Assembly (NCBI GenBank): GCA_018815555.1
Contig: JAHIWF010000087.1
Location: 35,117 to 99,116 of the forward strand
Direction: 5' to 3'
DNA from: Spirochaetota bacterium
GTDB lineage: Bacteria; Spirochaetota; Spirochaetia; Treponematales; UBA12059
Length of the DNA: 64,000 nt
Below are positions 19,909-28,149 of this stretch, in pieces. Below the pieces are notes generated by a model that was not told where the DNA came from, made no database searches, and worked only from the letters and a program-made list of their open reading frames with translations. The position numbers and the translations under genes are program-made. Each line of letters starts with the position of its first letter. Positions within the stretch are counted from its first letter, which is position 1.

Positions 19909-20510
19909 CCGTTTTTTTTCATTACTCGCTGTACGGGTTTTCCAACGTATATCTGGTAGCAAATGACGATACCGGTGAGGCGATTATTGTCGACCCAGCT
20001 GAATTCACCGTTAACCTGCTCAATTTTATAGAAAAGCGCGACTACTATATTAAGAACGTTTTGGTTACCCATAATCATATGCATCATATCAAAGGGCTTA
20101 AAACACTGCTCAAGATATACCAAGCTACTGTATATTCAAGCAACATGCTGCCGGACCGGAGCGCTCATACCGCCATACACGACGGTGATGAATTCCGGGC
20201 CTGTAATCTGCCTATCGAGGTGATATCAGTGCCCGGCCACTCACCTGACTCGGTTGTTTATAAAATAGGCAAACTGCTTTTTACCGGCGACACTATCCAG
20301 GCAGGCCTCTTGGGCAGTACCAATAGCCAATATGGCAACAGCCTGCTGCGCGATCAATTGACCAGAAAGATATTTAATCAGTCTGATGACTGTATTATCC
20401 TGCCAGGTCATGGACCACCTACCACAGTCGGAGCAGAAAAAAAATTCAATGCAGGCATGAAACAGGATCACGCGGCCGAGAAACGCGGGCGTTACTTCAT
20501 GTTCCTGTAA
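19905..20510 (+). CDS. small MBL-fold hydrolase (glyoxalase II-like)
   Basis: The motif VTHNHMHHIKG is a variant of THxHxDH, and PGHSPDS and LPGHGPPT are also present. The ATGA overlap couples it to the pentapeptide gene. Confidence 0.85.
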   Translation: MTVFFHYSLYGFSNVYLVANDDTGEAIIVDPAEFTVNLLNFIEKRDYYIKNVLVTHNHMHHIKGLKTLLKIYQATVYSSNMLPDRSAHTAIHDGDEFRACNLPIEVISVPGHSPDSVVYKIGKLLFTGDTIQAGLLGSTNSQYGNSLLRDQLTRKIFNQSDDCIILPGHGPPTTVGAEKKFNAGMKQDHAAEKRGRYFMFL

Positions 20511-20561
20511 TTTGCAGGATCGAGCCTGAGCAGCAAAAACTGGATCTCCGGTTCGGAGTAC

Positions 20562-21434
20562 CTAGCTGCCTATACGCCGCCTGCGAAAACGGCTGGGCGG
20601 ATTGCTGATCAGATCGCGTGCCTGTACCAGCATAAGCTCTGTACGGTCGGCCTGCAGTGTGCGTTCCAGTATGCTCCACACAGTATTGGTACTTTCCTCG
20701 AAAGCTTCCTGGGCGTTGTGGTTGTGCAGATAGTGGCCCAGAAAGAGAGCCGAAAAAAGGTCTCCGGATCCCTTCGGCGGTGCCGGAAACGGCAATAATG
20801 GCGTTTCGATCATGAATTTGCCTTCGCTGCAGCTAAGCAGCAGCTGTAGCGAGCTGCTGTTCTGGCTGAGGCAGCTGGTAACAAGTATTATTTTCGGTCC
20901 CAGCTCATGGATGCGGTCAGCCACCCTGGAAGCGTCCAGCTCCGTATTGATAGTCAAACCGGACAGTAATTCCGCTTCGAAATGATTCGGTGTAACAATA
21001 TCGGCCAGAGCCAGAGCCTGTGTGCGAAAAAAGTCGAAGAGCTCATTCTGCACATAAAAACCGCCCGGATGATCGCCCATAACCGGATCACAGCAATATA
21101 GGGCGGCCGGATTATAGGTACGGATACGTTGTACGGCATTGATAATGGCCATGCCAATATCCAGACTTCCGATATAGCCTGACAGTACTGCGGTGCAATC
21201 GGCCAGAGCCTGTACTGCATCCAGACCATCAACCAGATCCCTGATATGCGCGCCGGAGAAGCACGTACCTTTCCAGCCCTTTTTGCCGGTATGACTTGAA
21301 AATTGCACGGTATTAAGCGGCAGTACTTCATGCCCGAGCAATTCGAGCGGGAAAACGGCAGAACGGTTACCTACATGGCCGGAAACAACATGAGATTGTA
21401 TGGAAAGAATCGAAGCGGCCTTTACAGTATTCAT
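20562..21434 (-). CDS. pdxY: pyridoxal/pyridoxamine kinase (ribokinase superfamily)
   Basis: The N-terminus ILSIQSHVVSGHVGNRSAVFPLELLGHEVLPLNTVQFSSHTG parallels E. coli PdxY. The C-terminal GSGDLFSALFLG anion hole is present. Confidence 0.85.
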   Translation of the reverse strand: MNTVKAASILSIQSHVVSGHVGNRSAVFPLELLGHEVLPLNTVQFSSHTGKKGWKGTCFSGAHIRDLVDGLDAVQALADCTAVLSGYIGSLDIGMAIINAVQRIRTYNPAALYCCDPVMGDHPGGFYVQNELFDFFRTQALALADIVTPNHFEAELLSGLTINTELDASRVADRIHELGPKIILVTSCLSQNSSSLQLLLSCSEGKFMIETPLLPFPAPPKGSGDLFSALFLGHYLHNHNAQEAFEESTNTVWSILERTLQADRTELMLVQARDLISNPPSRFRRRRIGS

Positions 21435-22606
21435 ATACCATCCAATAAGGTCAGTAATTGCTGCAGCGGCCCATTAAGCAGGTCCAAACCTGATGATGTG
21501 GCACGCAGGCCCCGGCTGTCCATCGTCAGGTGATCTGGCCAGGAAGACAGCAGCCGCTGCAGTAGTTTCGGTGGCAGCTCCGGATGCCTGGTCTGCAAAT
21601 CAGTCCACAGCAGACCCGAGCTTGTGCGCAGTGCCATCATTATATATTCAAATAGCGCATCCTTGCCACTGACTTTCTGCGAATAAGCGCACGCCAGCGG
21701 ATCCAAACAATAGGCTGCTGTATCGCTGGTATTATAATGCCGAATATACGAACCGTCAGCAGCTGAAGAATTGCCGACGGCGGAAGGACCAAGCCCATAC
21801 CAGGTATGCATCTGCCAATAATGCTGATTGTGCCGGCATTCCTGCCCCGGAAGTGCCCAGTTTGAAACTTCATAGCGTTGCATTCCACTGGCCGCCAGAG
21901 TCTGCAGCGCCTGATGCCATGTGCTATCATTTTCTTCGTCGGAAGGCAGACGCAGCGAGCCTTGACCTATTCTTGCAGCCAGTGGACTGGCCGGCTCCAG
22001 AATCAGTTCATAGAGGGACAGATGCTGGATGGGCCATTGCAGTACTGTCTGCAGACTATGCAGTAGGGAGTGCTGATTCTGAGTCGGTAGACCGTACATG
22101 AGATCAACTGATACCGAACCGTTCCAGGCAACAAGCAACTCGCTGACTACCTGAATAACTGCCGCTGCACTGCCCCGACGCTGCATGATTTTGCGAACCT
22201 TATCGTCCAGACTTTGGACTCCGATACTGAGCCGGTTGATACATGAATTCTGAATGGTCTGCAGTAAGTGCGGCGTGCAATCCATTGGATTCAGTTCCAT
22301 GCTTACTTCTGTTCCGGCTGCTACAAAAGGCTGCACAGCAGAAAGCAATTGCTGCAGCAATTCGGGCGGCAGACAGGAAGGGCTGCCGCCGCCGATATAC
22401 ACTGTGTCAAAGTGGTCAATGTGCGAAAAATCAGTAATAAAGGCCAACTCTTGGTGCAGGGAGTTCAGGTATTTTTGTTGATCTGGAAGACTATTGACAC
22501 TAGCAGTGCAATAATCACAGTAAGTGCAGCGGGAAATACAAAACGGCACATGGATATATAATGAAGGAGCCTGGGTTTGATAGCTGACGGCTTGCGGCTT
22601 GTTCAA
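21431..22606 (-). CDS. hemW: radical SAM heme chaperone HemW (HemN-like, oxygen-independent coproporphyrinogen oxidase family)
   Basis: YIHVPFCISRCTYCDY (CxxxCxxC), GGGSPS and the HemN C-terminal domain. It overlaps pdxY by 4 nt. Confidence 0.85.
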   Translation of the reverse strand: MNKPQAVSYQTQAPSLYIHVPFCISRCTYCDYCTASVNSLPDQQKYLNSLHQELAFITDFSHIDHFDTVYIGGGSPSCLPPELLQQLLSAVQPFVAAGTEVSMELNPMDCTPHLLQTIQNSCINRLSIGVQSLDDKVRKIMQRRGSAAAVIQVVSELLVAWNGSVSVDLMYGLPTQNQHSLLHSLQTVLQWPIQHLSLYELILEPASPLAARIGQGSLRLPSDEENDSTWHQALQTLAASGMQRYEVSNWALPGQECRHNQHYWQMHTWYGLGPSAVGNSSAADGSYIRHYNTSDTAAYCLDPLACAYSQKVSGKDALFEYIMMALRTSSGLLWTDLQTRHPELPPKLLQRLLSSWPDHLTMDSRGLRATSSGLDLLNGPLQQLLTLLDGI

Positions 22607-22614
22607 AGTACTTT

Positions 22615-23358
22615 CTATAAAAACGACAGTTTGGTGATCGGCCAGTAGCGCAAAAACACCTTGCCGCGAATAAGCTCATGGGAAATAAGTCCAAAGAAGC
22701 GGGAATCATTGGTGTGCAACCGGTTATCGTTAACGACAAAAAACTCATTTTCCCCAAGCAGAATTTCGTCCATGTGGCCGGAGAAAGGCAGGCTGTCGTC
22801 CCAATTCTCGACACTACTGTCACGCAGAGTGTCATAAACCTTTCCGGATACTTCATGCTCTGTCAGGAAGTGCTGTGAATCAGCCTGCTTTATATAAACA
22901 ACGAAATTATCTATCCGCACCAAGTCACCTGGAACCGCTACAACCCGTTTAATGACAGGCCGGTTAAGTGCATCGCTGCTTTTTGCCGTACCTCGTTGCT
23001 GCAGGCTGAAAAAACGCACCACACGATTGAGAAATTGTTCTATGTAGGTCATATCCGGGGTAGAAGGATGAGCTAAAACAACCACATCGCCACGGGCAGG
23101 CTGTCGGTACATTTTCTGGGCCGATTCGGCAAAAGGTAGTTTCAGACCATAGGCCGAAGGCGCAGATACTACGAAGGTATTTTCAGTGAGCAGCGGTGCC
23201 ATGCTCTGGGAGCTGACTTTATAGGTTTTAAGTAGCCAGGAGCCGGCAAGGTCAGATACCAGAAACAGCAATACTGCCAGTCCGGACAGTTGCCAGAACA
23301 GCCGTTGCCGTTTACGAAGGGCCTCATAAGATTCTACACGTTTCATGCCTACCGCCAC
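22615..23358 (-). CDS. lepB: signal peptidase I
   Basis: SQSMAPLL (catalytic Ser box), VIKRVVAVPGD (Lys box) and NDNRLHTNDSRFFG. The track start at 23358 is a GTG. The ATG at 23346 (MKRVESY..) is an alternative start. Confidence 0.9.
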   Translation of the reverse strand: MAVGMKRVESYEALRKRQRLFWQLSGLAVLLFLVSDLAGSWLLKTYKVSSQSMAPLLTENTFVVSAPSAYGLKLPFAESAQKMYRQPARGDVVVLAHPSTPDMTYIEQFLNRVVRFFSLQQRGTAKSSDALNRPVIKRVVAVPGDLVRIDNFVVYIKQADSQHFLTEHEVSGKVYDTLRDSSVENWDDSLPFSGHMDEILLGENEFFVVNDNRLHTNDSRFFGLISHELIRGKVFLRYWPITKLSFL

Positions 23359-23406
23359 TATCTGTTTACAAAATCCGGAATTTCACACTACCACTTTTTA
23401 CACGGG

Positions 23407-23435
23407 TTGACAAGTATTCGTTTATGGCAAATATT
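23407..23435 (+). promoter_or_regulatory. candidate promoter for smpB
   Basis: TTGACA (23407-23412), a 17-nt spacer, then AATATT (23430-23435), about 25 nt upstream of the smpB ATG. Confidence 0.35.
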
Positions 23436-23460
23436 GCATGCACAAGGAAAACAGCAACTT

Positions 23461-23919
23461 ATGGAAGGTATCAAGATTATTGCCCAGAACCGAAGGGCTC
23501 ACTTTTATTATACAGTTGAAGAATCCATTGAATGCGGTATTGCACTCGAAGGGTCGGAGGTCAAGTCAATCCGGATGGGCATGTTGTCCTTCCCGGATGG
23601 CTATGCAGCAATTGAAAATGATGAGTTATGGTTGAAGAATGTGCATATCAATGAATATACCTTCAGCTCCATCAACAACCATGATCCGGACAGGCCTAAA
23701 AAGCTGCTCATTCACGCTCATGAACTGAAGCGCCTCAAGCGCCGGGTTGAGGAAAAAGGCTACACACTAGTTCCTCTGGACTTTCATTTCCGTAGTGGCA
23801 GGGTAAAAGTCGAATTAGGCGTCTGTAAAGGTAAAAAAGTGGGAGACAAACGAGAAGCCATCAAGGAAAAAGATGTTAAACGTGATTTATCCCGTGAACT
23901 GAAAGAGCGGCAGCGATGA
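23461..23919 (+). CDS. smpB: SsrA-binding protein SmpB
   Basis: MEGIKIIAQNRRAHFYYTVEESIECGIALEGSEVKSIR... is the canonical SmpB N-terminus. The track ORF extends upstream to 23290, but the homologous start is the ATG at 23461. Confidence 0.9.
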   Translation: MEGIKIIAQNRRAHFYYTVEESIECGIALEGSEVKSIRMGMLSFPDGYAAIENDELWLKNVHINEYTFSSINNHDPDRPKKLLIHAHELKRLKRRVEEKGYTLVPLDFHFRSGRVKVELGVCKGKKVGDKREAIKEKDVKRDLSRELKERQR

Positions 23920-23932
23920 TGGAGCTGTATAT

Positions 23933-24493
23933 ATGAGTTCACTCCGCATTACCGGCGGCAGGTACAAGGGCCGCACGATACAGGTACATAAAGGCGAGCT
24001 GGAAATCAGGCCGGCGATGGATATGATGCGGGAGTCGGTATTTTCGATACTCGGATCGCTGCAGGGTGGCAGTTTTCTTGACCTCTTTTCCGGTTCAGGA
24101 ATTATCGGACTCGAAGCAGCCAGCCGCGGTGCCGCTCCGGTTTGCTGTGTAGAACGTGACCGGGCAAAGTTTCCCCAGCTGCTTAAAAATGTTTCATTGT
24201 CCGAGGAACGTATCGAATGCCATTGCCTGCCGGTCGAACGGTTTATCCTGCGCAACAAAGATCAATGGTCCTATATTTTTTGTGATCCCCCCTTCCCTTA
24301 CCAATTTAAGCCCAAACTGGTGGAGATGATCGGCGAACGCGGGCTGCTGGCAGACAACGGTATCTTGATAATCCATTATCCGGATAAAGAGGCCATGCCT
24401 GCAGTAGCCGCTGGCCTGATTATGACCGATGAACGCAAATATGGCCGCTCAACGGTACGTTTTTATCGTCATGCCGAAACGGCCGAAATGTAA
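23933..24493 (+). CDS. rsmD: 16S rRNA (guanine966-N2)-methyltransferase RsmD
   Basis: LRITGGRYKGRTI, LDLFSGSGIIGLEAASRGA (SAM motif I) and the FCDPPFPY (DPPF) catalytic motif. Confidence 0.85.
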   Translation: MSSLRITGGRYKGRTIQVHKGELEIRPAMDMMRESVFSILGSLQGGSFLDLFSGSGIIGLEAASRGAAPVCCVERDRAKFPQLLKNVSLSEERIECHCLPVERFILRNKDQWSYIFCDPPFPYQFKPKLVEMIGERGLLADNGILIIHYPDKEAMPAVAAGLIMTDERKYGRSTVRFYRHAETAEM

Positions 24494-24510
24494 AACCGGC
24501 ACAGTTTGCA

Positions 24511-24539
24511 TTGATTAAAAGATTTTTCTTGATTATACT
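24511..24539 (+). promoter_or_regulatory. candidate promoter for the 24643-26128 TPR gene pair
   Basis: TTGATT (24511-24516), a 17-nt spacer, then TATACT (24534-24539). A second copy of TTATACTTG follows 13 nt later. Confidence 0.35.
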
Positions 24540-24642
24540 TGTTTATTATACTTGCAAAATACGTAAGTAATGGTATGTTATTGTGATACGTTCTGCCGCG
24601 GCCCAGGCAGGAGATGCAAAAAAAGTGCAAAGGTATTGACCG

Positions 24643-24984
24643 ATGGATGAAAAACTGTTCGAGCAATTTGAAGATTCCGGATTGATCAAGACAGTAGACC
24701 GACCCGCCGAAGGTATAGACTCCAGTCAGAAAGTGCAGCTTAACCGCCGCGGAAATGAACTGTTCAACAAAGGACAGATTGATACCGCCAGGCGCATCTT
24801 CCAGACCACCGGCTATTCCGATGGGCTGATCCGTGTAGGTGAACACTATCTGGAAAAAAGCCAACCAATTGATGCCCTTAAAATGTTTAAACTTGCCCAT
24901 GAACACACGCGTTGTGACATGCTGATTGAAAAAGCGGCATTAGCGATAAGAAAATTGCTGGAGGAAGAGGACACACATGAGTGA
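24643..24984 (+). CDS. small hypothetical protein (TPR-like helical hairpins)
   Basis: 113 aa with plausible composition. Its stop overlaps the start of the downstream TPR gene by 8 nt. I prefer it to the antisense 145-aa ORF at 24469..24906. Confidence 0.5.
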   Translation: MDEKLFEQFEDSGLIKTVDRPAEGIDSSQKVQLNRRGNELFNKGQIDTARRIFQTTGYSDGLIRVGEHYLEKSQPIDALKMFKLAHEHTRCDMLIEKAALAIRKLLEEEDTHE

Positions 24985-26128
24985 TAACACCAACCCCATT
25001 CATGATGAGCTGGAAACTTCTGGGACGGCCCATCCCGAAGACCAAGCAGCTCACGATCACCTCGAGATTGCGGAAATTTCCAAAAAAGGATATCAATACC
25101 TAAAGGAAAACCGCATCACCGAGGCGGAACAGAATTTCCGGACCATTGTGGACGCTGATCCGGAAAATAACTACGCATTGGTAGGTCTTGGAGACGCCGC
25201 CCGTAAAAAAGGTGCGTACCGAGACGCAGTCGAGCATTACAAAAAATGCCTGACCTACCACCCTGGGAATAACTATGCTTTGTTTGGGTTGGCTGATTGC
25301 TATAAAGCACTTAACCAGTACCAGAAAGCCATAGAAATCTGGGAACAATACCTGCTGCATGACAACAAGAATATTACCGTACTTACCCGTATTGCCGATG
25401 CCTACAGAAAGGTGCGGGATTTTAAAAAATCCAAGGCAATATACCTGCGTGTACTGGAAATGGAAACGGATAATCCTTATGCGCTCATTGGGCTAGGCCA
25501 TTTGCATTATGACTTTAAAGAATACCGCGATGCACTGCATTACTGGGCCAGGATGGTTCAGTTTCAGGGTGACGCGGTAGATATCCGGGTACTTACCTCG
25601 ATTGGCAACTGCTACCGGAAGCTAAAACAATTTGACATGGGTATTCCCTATTTTGAACGCGCGCTGGCCAAGGAGCCGGAAAATTTTTACGCCCTGTTTG
25701 GCCTGGCTGATTGTTATCGCGGCACCACAGCACCGGATGAATCATTACACTACTGGAGTCAGATCTTAAACCGCGACCCAAAGAACAAAGTAATTCTTAC
25801 CCGGGCAGGCGATGCCTACCGCAATATGGGTGATTATGAAGCAGCTGTTGAATTTTACGAGAAAGCCCTGGATATCGAATTTGATGTATATGCAGTACTC
25901 GGCATGGCCACAATTGCCAGGTTACAGGGCAAAATCAGTGAGGCCATAGAATCATTACAGAAACTGGTACAGAATGATACCCGTAATTATCGTTTATACA
26001 TAGAACTGGCCCAATGCTACATGGCTACCGGCGACCGTAAAAAAGCCGAAGAAATACTGCAGGATTTCCAAAGATTGGGTATCCGCAACCCCCATGTACA
26101 GGATTTACTGAGCCGGATTCAGGCTTAA
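24977..26128 (+). CDS. TPR-repeat protein
   Basis: At least 8 consecutive 34-aa repeats with a recurring NxYALxGLGD/ADCY signature (NNYALVGLGDA, NNYALFGLADCY, NPYALIGLGHL, NFYALFGLADCY). Confidence 0.8.
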   Translation: MSDNTNPIHDELETSGTAHPEDQAAHDHLEIAEISKKGYQYLKENRITEAEQNFRTIVDADPENNYALVGLGDAARKKGAYRDAVEHYKKCLTYHPGNNYALFGLADCYKALNQYQKAIEIWEQYLLHDNKNITVLTRIADAYRKVRDFKKSKAIYLRVLEMETDNPYALIGLGHLHYDFKEYRDALHYWARMVQFQGDAVDIRVLTSIGNCYRKLKQFDMGIPYFERALAKEPENFYALFGLADCYRGTTAPDESLHYWSQILNRDPKNKVILTRAGDAYRNMGDYEAAVEFYEKALDIEFDVYAVLGMATIARLQGKISEAIESLQKLVQNDTRNYRLYIELAQCYMATGDRKKAEEILQDFQRLGIRNPHVQDLLSRIQA

Positions 26129-26134
26129 GCATAC

Positions 26135-27187
26135 ATGAGCGAGCACGAATTGCAGGGGGCGGGATATGAACCGTCGCCCTGCGCTCTGCTACCTGCTGAA
26201 TTGTGCCAGAGCTATGGCCTGAAGCAGGCTTTCCGGGGCAGGCAAATTTTCAAGTGGCTGGCCTCTGGTGCTGATAATTTTGAAAGCATGAGTGATTTGC
26301 CAGCAGACCTGCGCCGGAAACTGACGGAATTATCACCTAATGGTGTATACAGTTCCAGAGTAGAAGCCAAATTTTTGGCAAAAGACGGAACAGGCAAATT
26401 AAAAATCAGGCTTGCCGATGGCGCTGCGGTCGAAGCTGTGCTGCTGAGTGACGCCGAAGAGCGTTTGACTGCCTGTCTTTCAACACAGGTGGGTTGCCCC
26501 ATGGGTTGCGCATTCTGCAAAACGGCTACACTCGGTCTGCAACGCAACCTGAGTGCCGGCGAAATAGTCGAACAGTTCCACTTTCTGAGTAAAATAAGGG
26601 GACGGCTTTCGAATATTGTGTTTATGGGTATGGGGGAACCATTACTGAATCTGACGGAACTTAGAAAAGCCATCACCCTGTTTACCCACGAAGACGGCTT
26701 TAAGCTGTCTCGCCGGAAAATAACTATTTCTACCTGCGGACTTACCAAAGGTATACTGGACCTTGCCGATAATGGACCCCATGTACGTCTGGCCATCTCA
26801 CTGACCAGTGCCGACGACGAGTTGCGCAGCAGGCTGATGCCGGTTAACCGCACCCACAATCTGGCCAGCTTGAAATCAGCCTTGCTCTACTACCAGGAAA
26901 AAACTGGTGATCGTATTACCCTAGAAGCTGCCATCATGCATGGTGTAAATACCGGAGCGGAAGCTGCTGCCAAAATGGCAGAATGGATACAGCCGCTTAA
27001 GGTGCAGGTTAACATTATACCCTGGAATCCGGTGGCAGGTTTGCCCTACGAGGAGCCCAGCCGGCAGGAAGTTCTGGATTTTATCGCCAGGCTTGAGCAA
27101 TTGGGTATAAATGTCATCAAGCGATCGAGAAAAGGCGTCGCGGTAGCTGCGGCTTGTGGTCAATTAGGCGAGACTACTCAGGACTGA
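26135..27187 (+). CDS. rlmN: 23S rRNA/tRNA (adenine-C2)-methyltransferase RlmN (radical SAM)
   Basis: QVGCPMGCAFCKT (CxxxCxxC), MGMGEPLLN, and a C-terminal ...AACGQL Cys. Confidence 0.9.
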   Translation: MSEHELQGAGYEPSPCALLPAELCQSYGLKQAFRGRQIFKWLASGADNFESMSDLPADLRRKLTELSPNGVYSSRVEAKFLAKDGTGKLKIRLADGAAVEAVLLSDAEERLTACLSTQVGCPMGCAFCKTATLGLQRNLSAGEIVEQFHFLSKIRGRLSNIVFMGMGEPLLNLTELRKAITLFTHEDGFKLSRRKITISTCGLTKGILDLADNGPHVRLAISLTSADDELRSRLMPVNRTHNLASLKSALLYYQEKTGDRITLEAAIMHGVNTGAEAAAKMAEWIQPLKVQVNIIPWNPVAGLPYEEPSRQEVLDFIARLEQLGINVIKRSRKGVAVAAACGQLGETTQD

Positions 27188-28146
27188 GGGTATAGCAGTT
27201 CTTGCCTTTTCTGAAGATAGCTTTGGCGAGGTAGAATTCGCCGATATAGCCAAAGCAGCAAACGGACAGTTCGCTTTTCATTGATTGCTTCTATTTCCTG
27301 CAATGTATGCAATGCTGCAAGCGGATCTATCCGTGCAAGCAGCCTGGCATGCCCATAGCGGTCTGCAGTATCTAAGCGACGACCATCCCGAAGCGCAGAC
27401 CCAATAAACAAGAAAAGTTCCGCCAGAGATTTGATGTCATCAGCATTATGCACAAAAACCGCCTCCAGACCAGCCATATCCTGGGTACGCAAAAAATTGA
27501 ACCACAGGCCGGGAATTAGATGACCAGGAATATCCAGAGCACGCTTAATGCCAAGAATCAAGGCTTCCACCGTATGTAAACTGCAGTCAGGAAGATGCTT
27601 GCGCCATAAACTGCGGGCAGTATAAACCAAATCGATGTGCGGAAGTTCCGGTGGCGGAGCCAGACCATTCATAATGCAGCGTGTGCGTAACAAAGGGTAA
27701 TCGTAACTGCGGCCATTATAGGTAACCAGATATTTGGCTTCAGCAAGCCTGGCACATAGCTCCTGTAAAAAAGCTGACTCATAAGGATAATCACTAAGGA
27801 AATATTGCCTGATGACTATTGAATTATTTTCAATACGTCCAAGGGCTGCTAGAAACGCGATAGTGCCAGCCCCACCGGAAAGGCCGGTAGTCTCCAGATC
27901 AAAAAAGACACAATCGGAGATAGAGCTTAGTTCCATATCGAGATGTGCACTAAAATACAACAAGCGCAGCTTATCCAGCACTGCTTGTGCTTGCATAGTA
28001 TCCTTTTGAATACATATCGATACACCTTTGTGCAGATGGTGCCAGCCATCAAGCCTGGTTAAGGCTTTTACTGTCTCATTGAACTCAGGCGATCTGGAGC
28101 AGGATGTTTTTCGTTGATACGCCAGACGCTCGCGTAGGGTAGCCAT
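27178..28146 (-). CDS. YprB/MrfB-like DEDDh 3'-5' exonuclease (RNase H-like fold) with helical C-terminal domain
   Basis: Exo motifs FFDLETTGL (DE), YNGRSYDYPLL (D) and HNADDIKS (H..D). It lies directly downstream of the YprA-like helicase with a 3-nt gap. Confidence 0.75.
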   Translation of the reverse strand: MATLRERLAYQRKTSCSRSPEFNETVKALTRLDGWHHLHKGVSICIQKDTMQAQAVLDKLRLLYFSAHLDMELSSISDCVFFDLETTGLSGGAGTIAFLAALGRIENNSIVIRQYFLSDYPYESAFLQELCARLAEAKYLVTYNGRSYDYPLLRTRCIMNGLAPPPELPHIDLVYTARSLWRKHLPDCSLHTVEALILGIKRALDIPGHLIPGLWFNFLRTQDMAGLEAVFVHNADDIKSLAELFLFIGSALRDGRRLDTADRYGHARLLARIDPLAALHTLQEIEAINEKRTVRLLLWLYRRILPRQSYLQKRQELLYPQS

Positions 28147-28149
28147 AAG

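Noticed and set aside
24469-24906. Minus-strand 145-aa ORF.
   Set aside because: It is antisense to the 113-aa + ORF, which is start/stop-coupled to the downstream TPR gene. It has no SD and odd composition, and it would overlap the rsmD 3' end.
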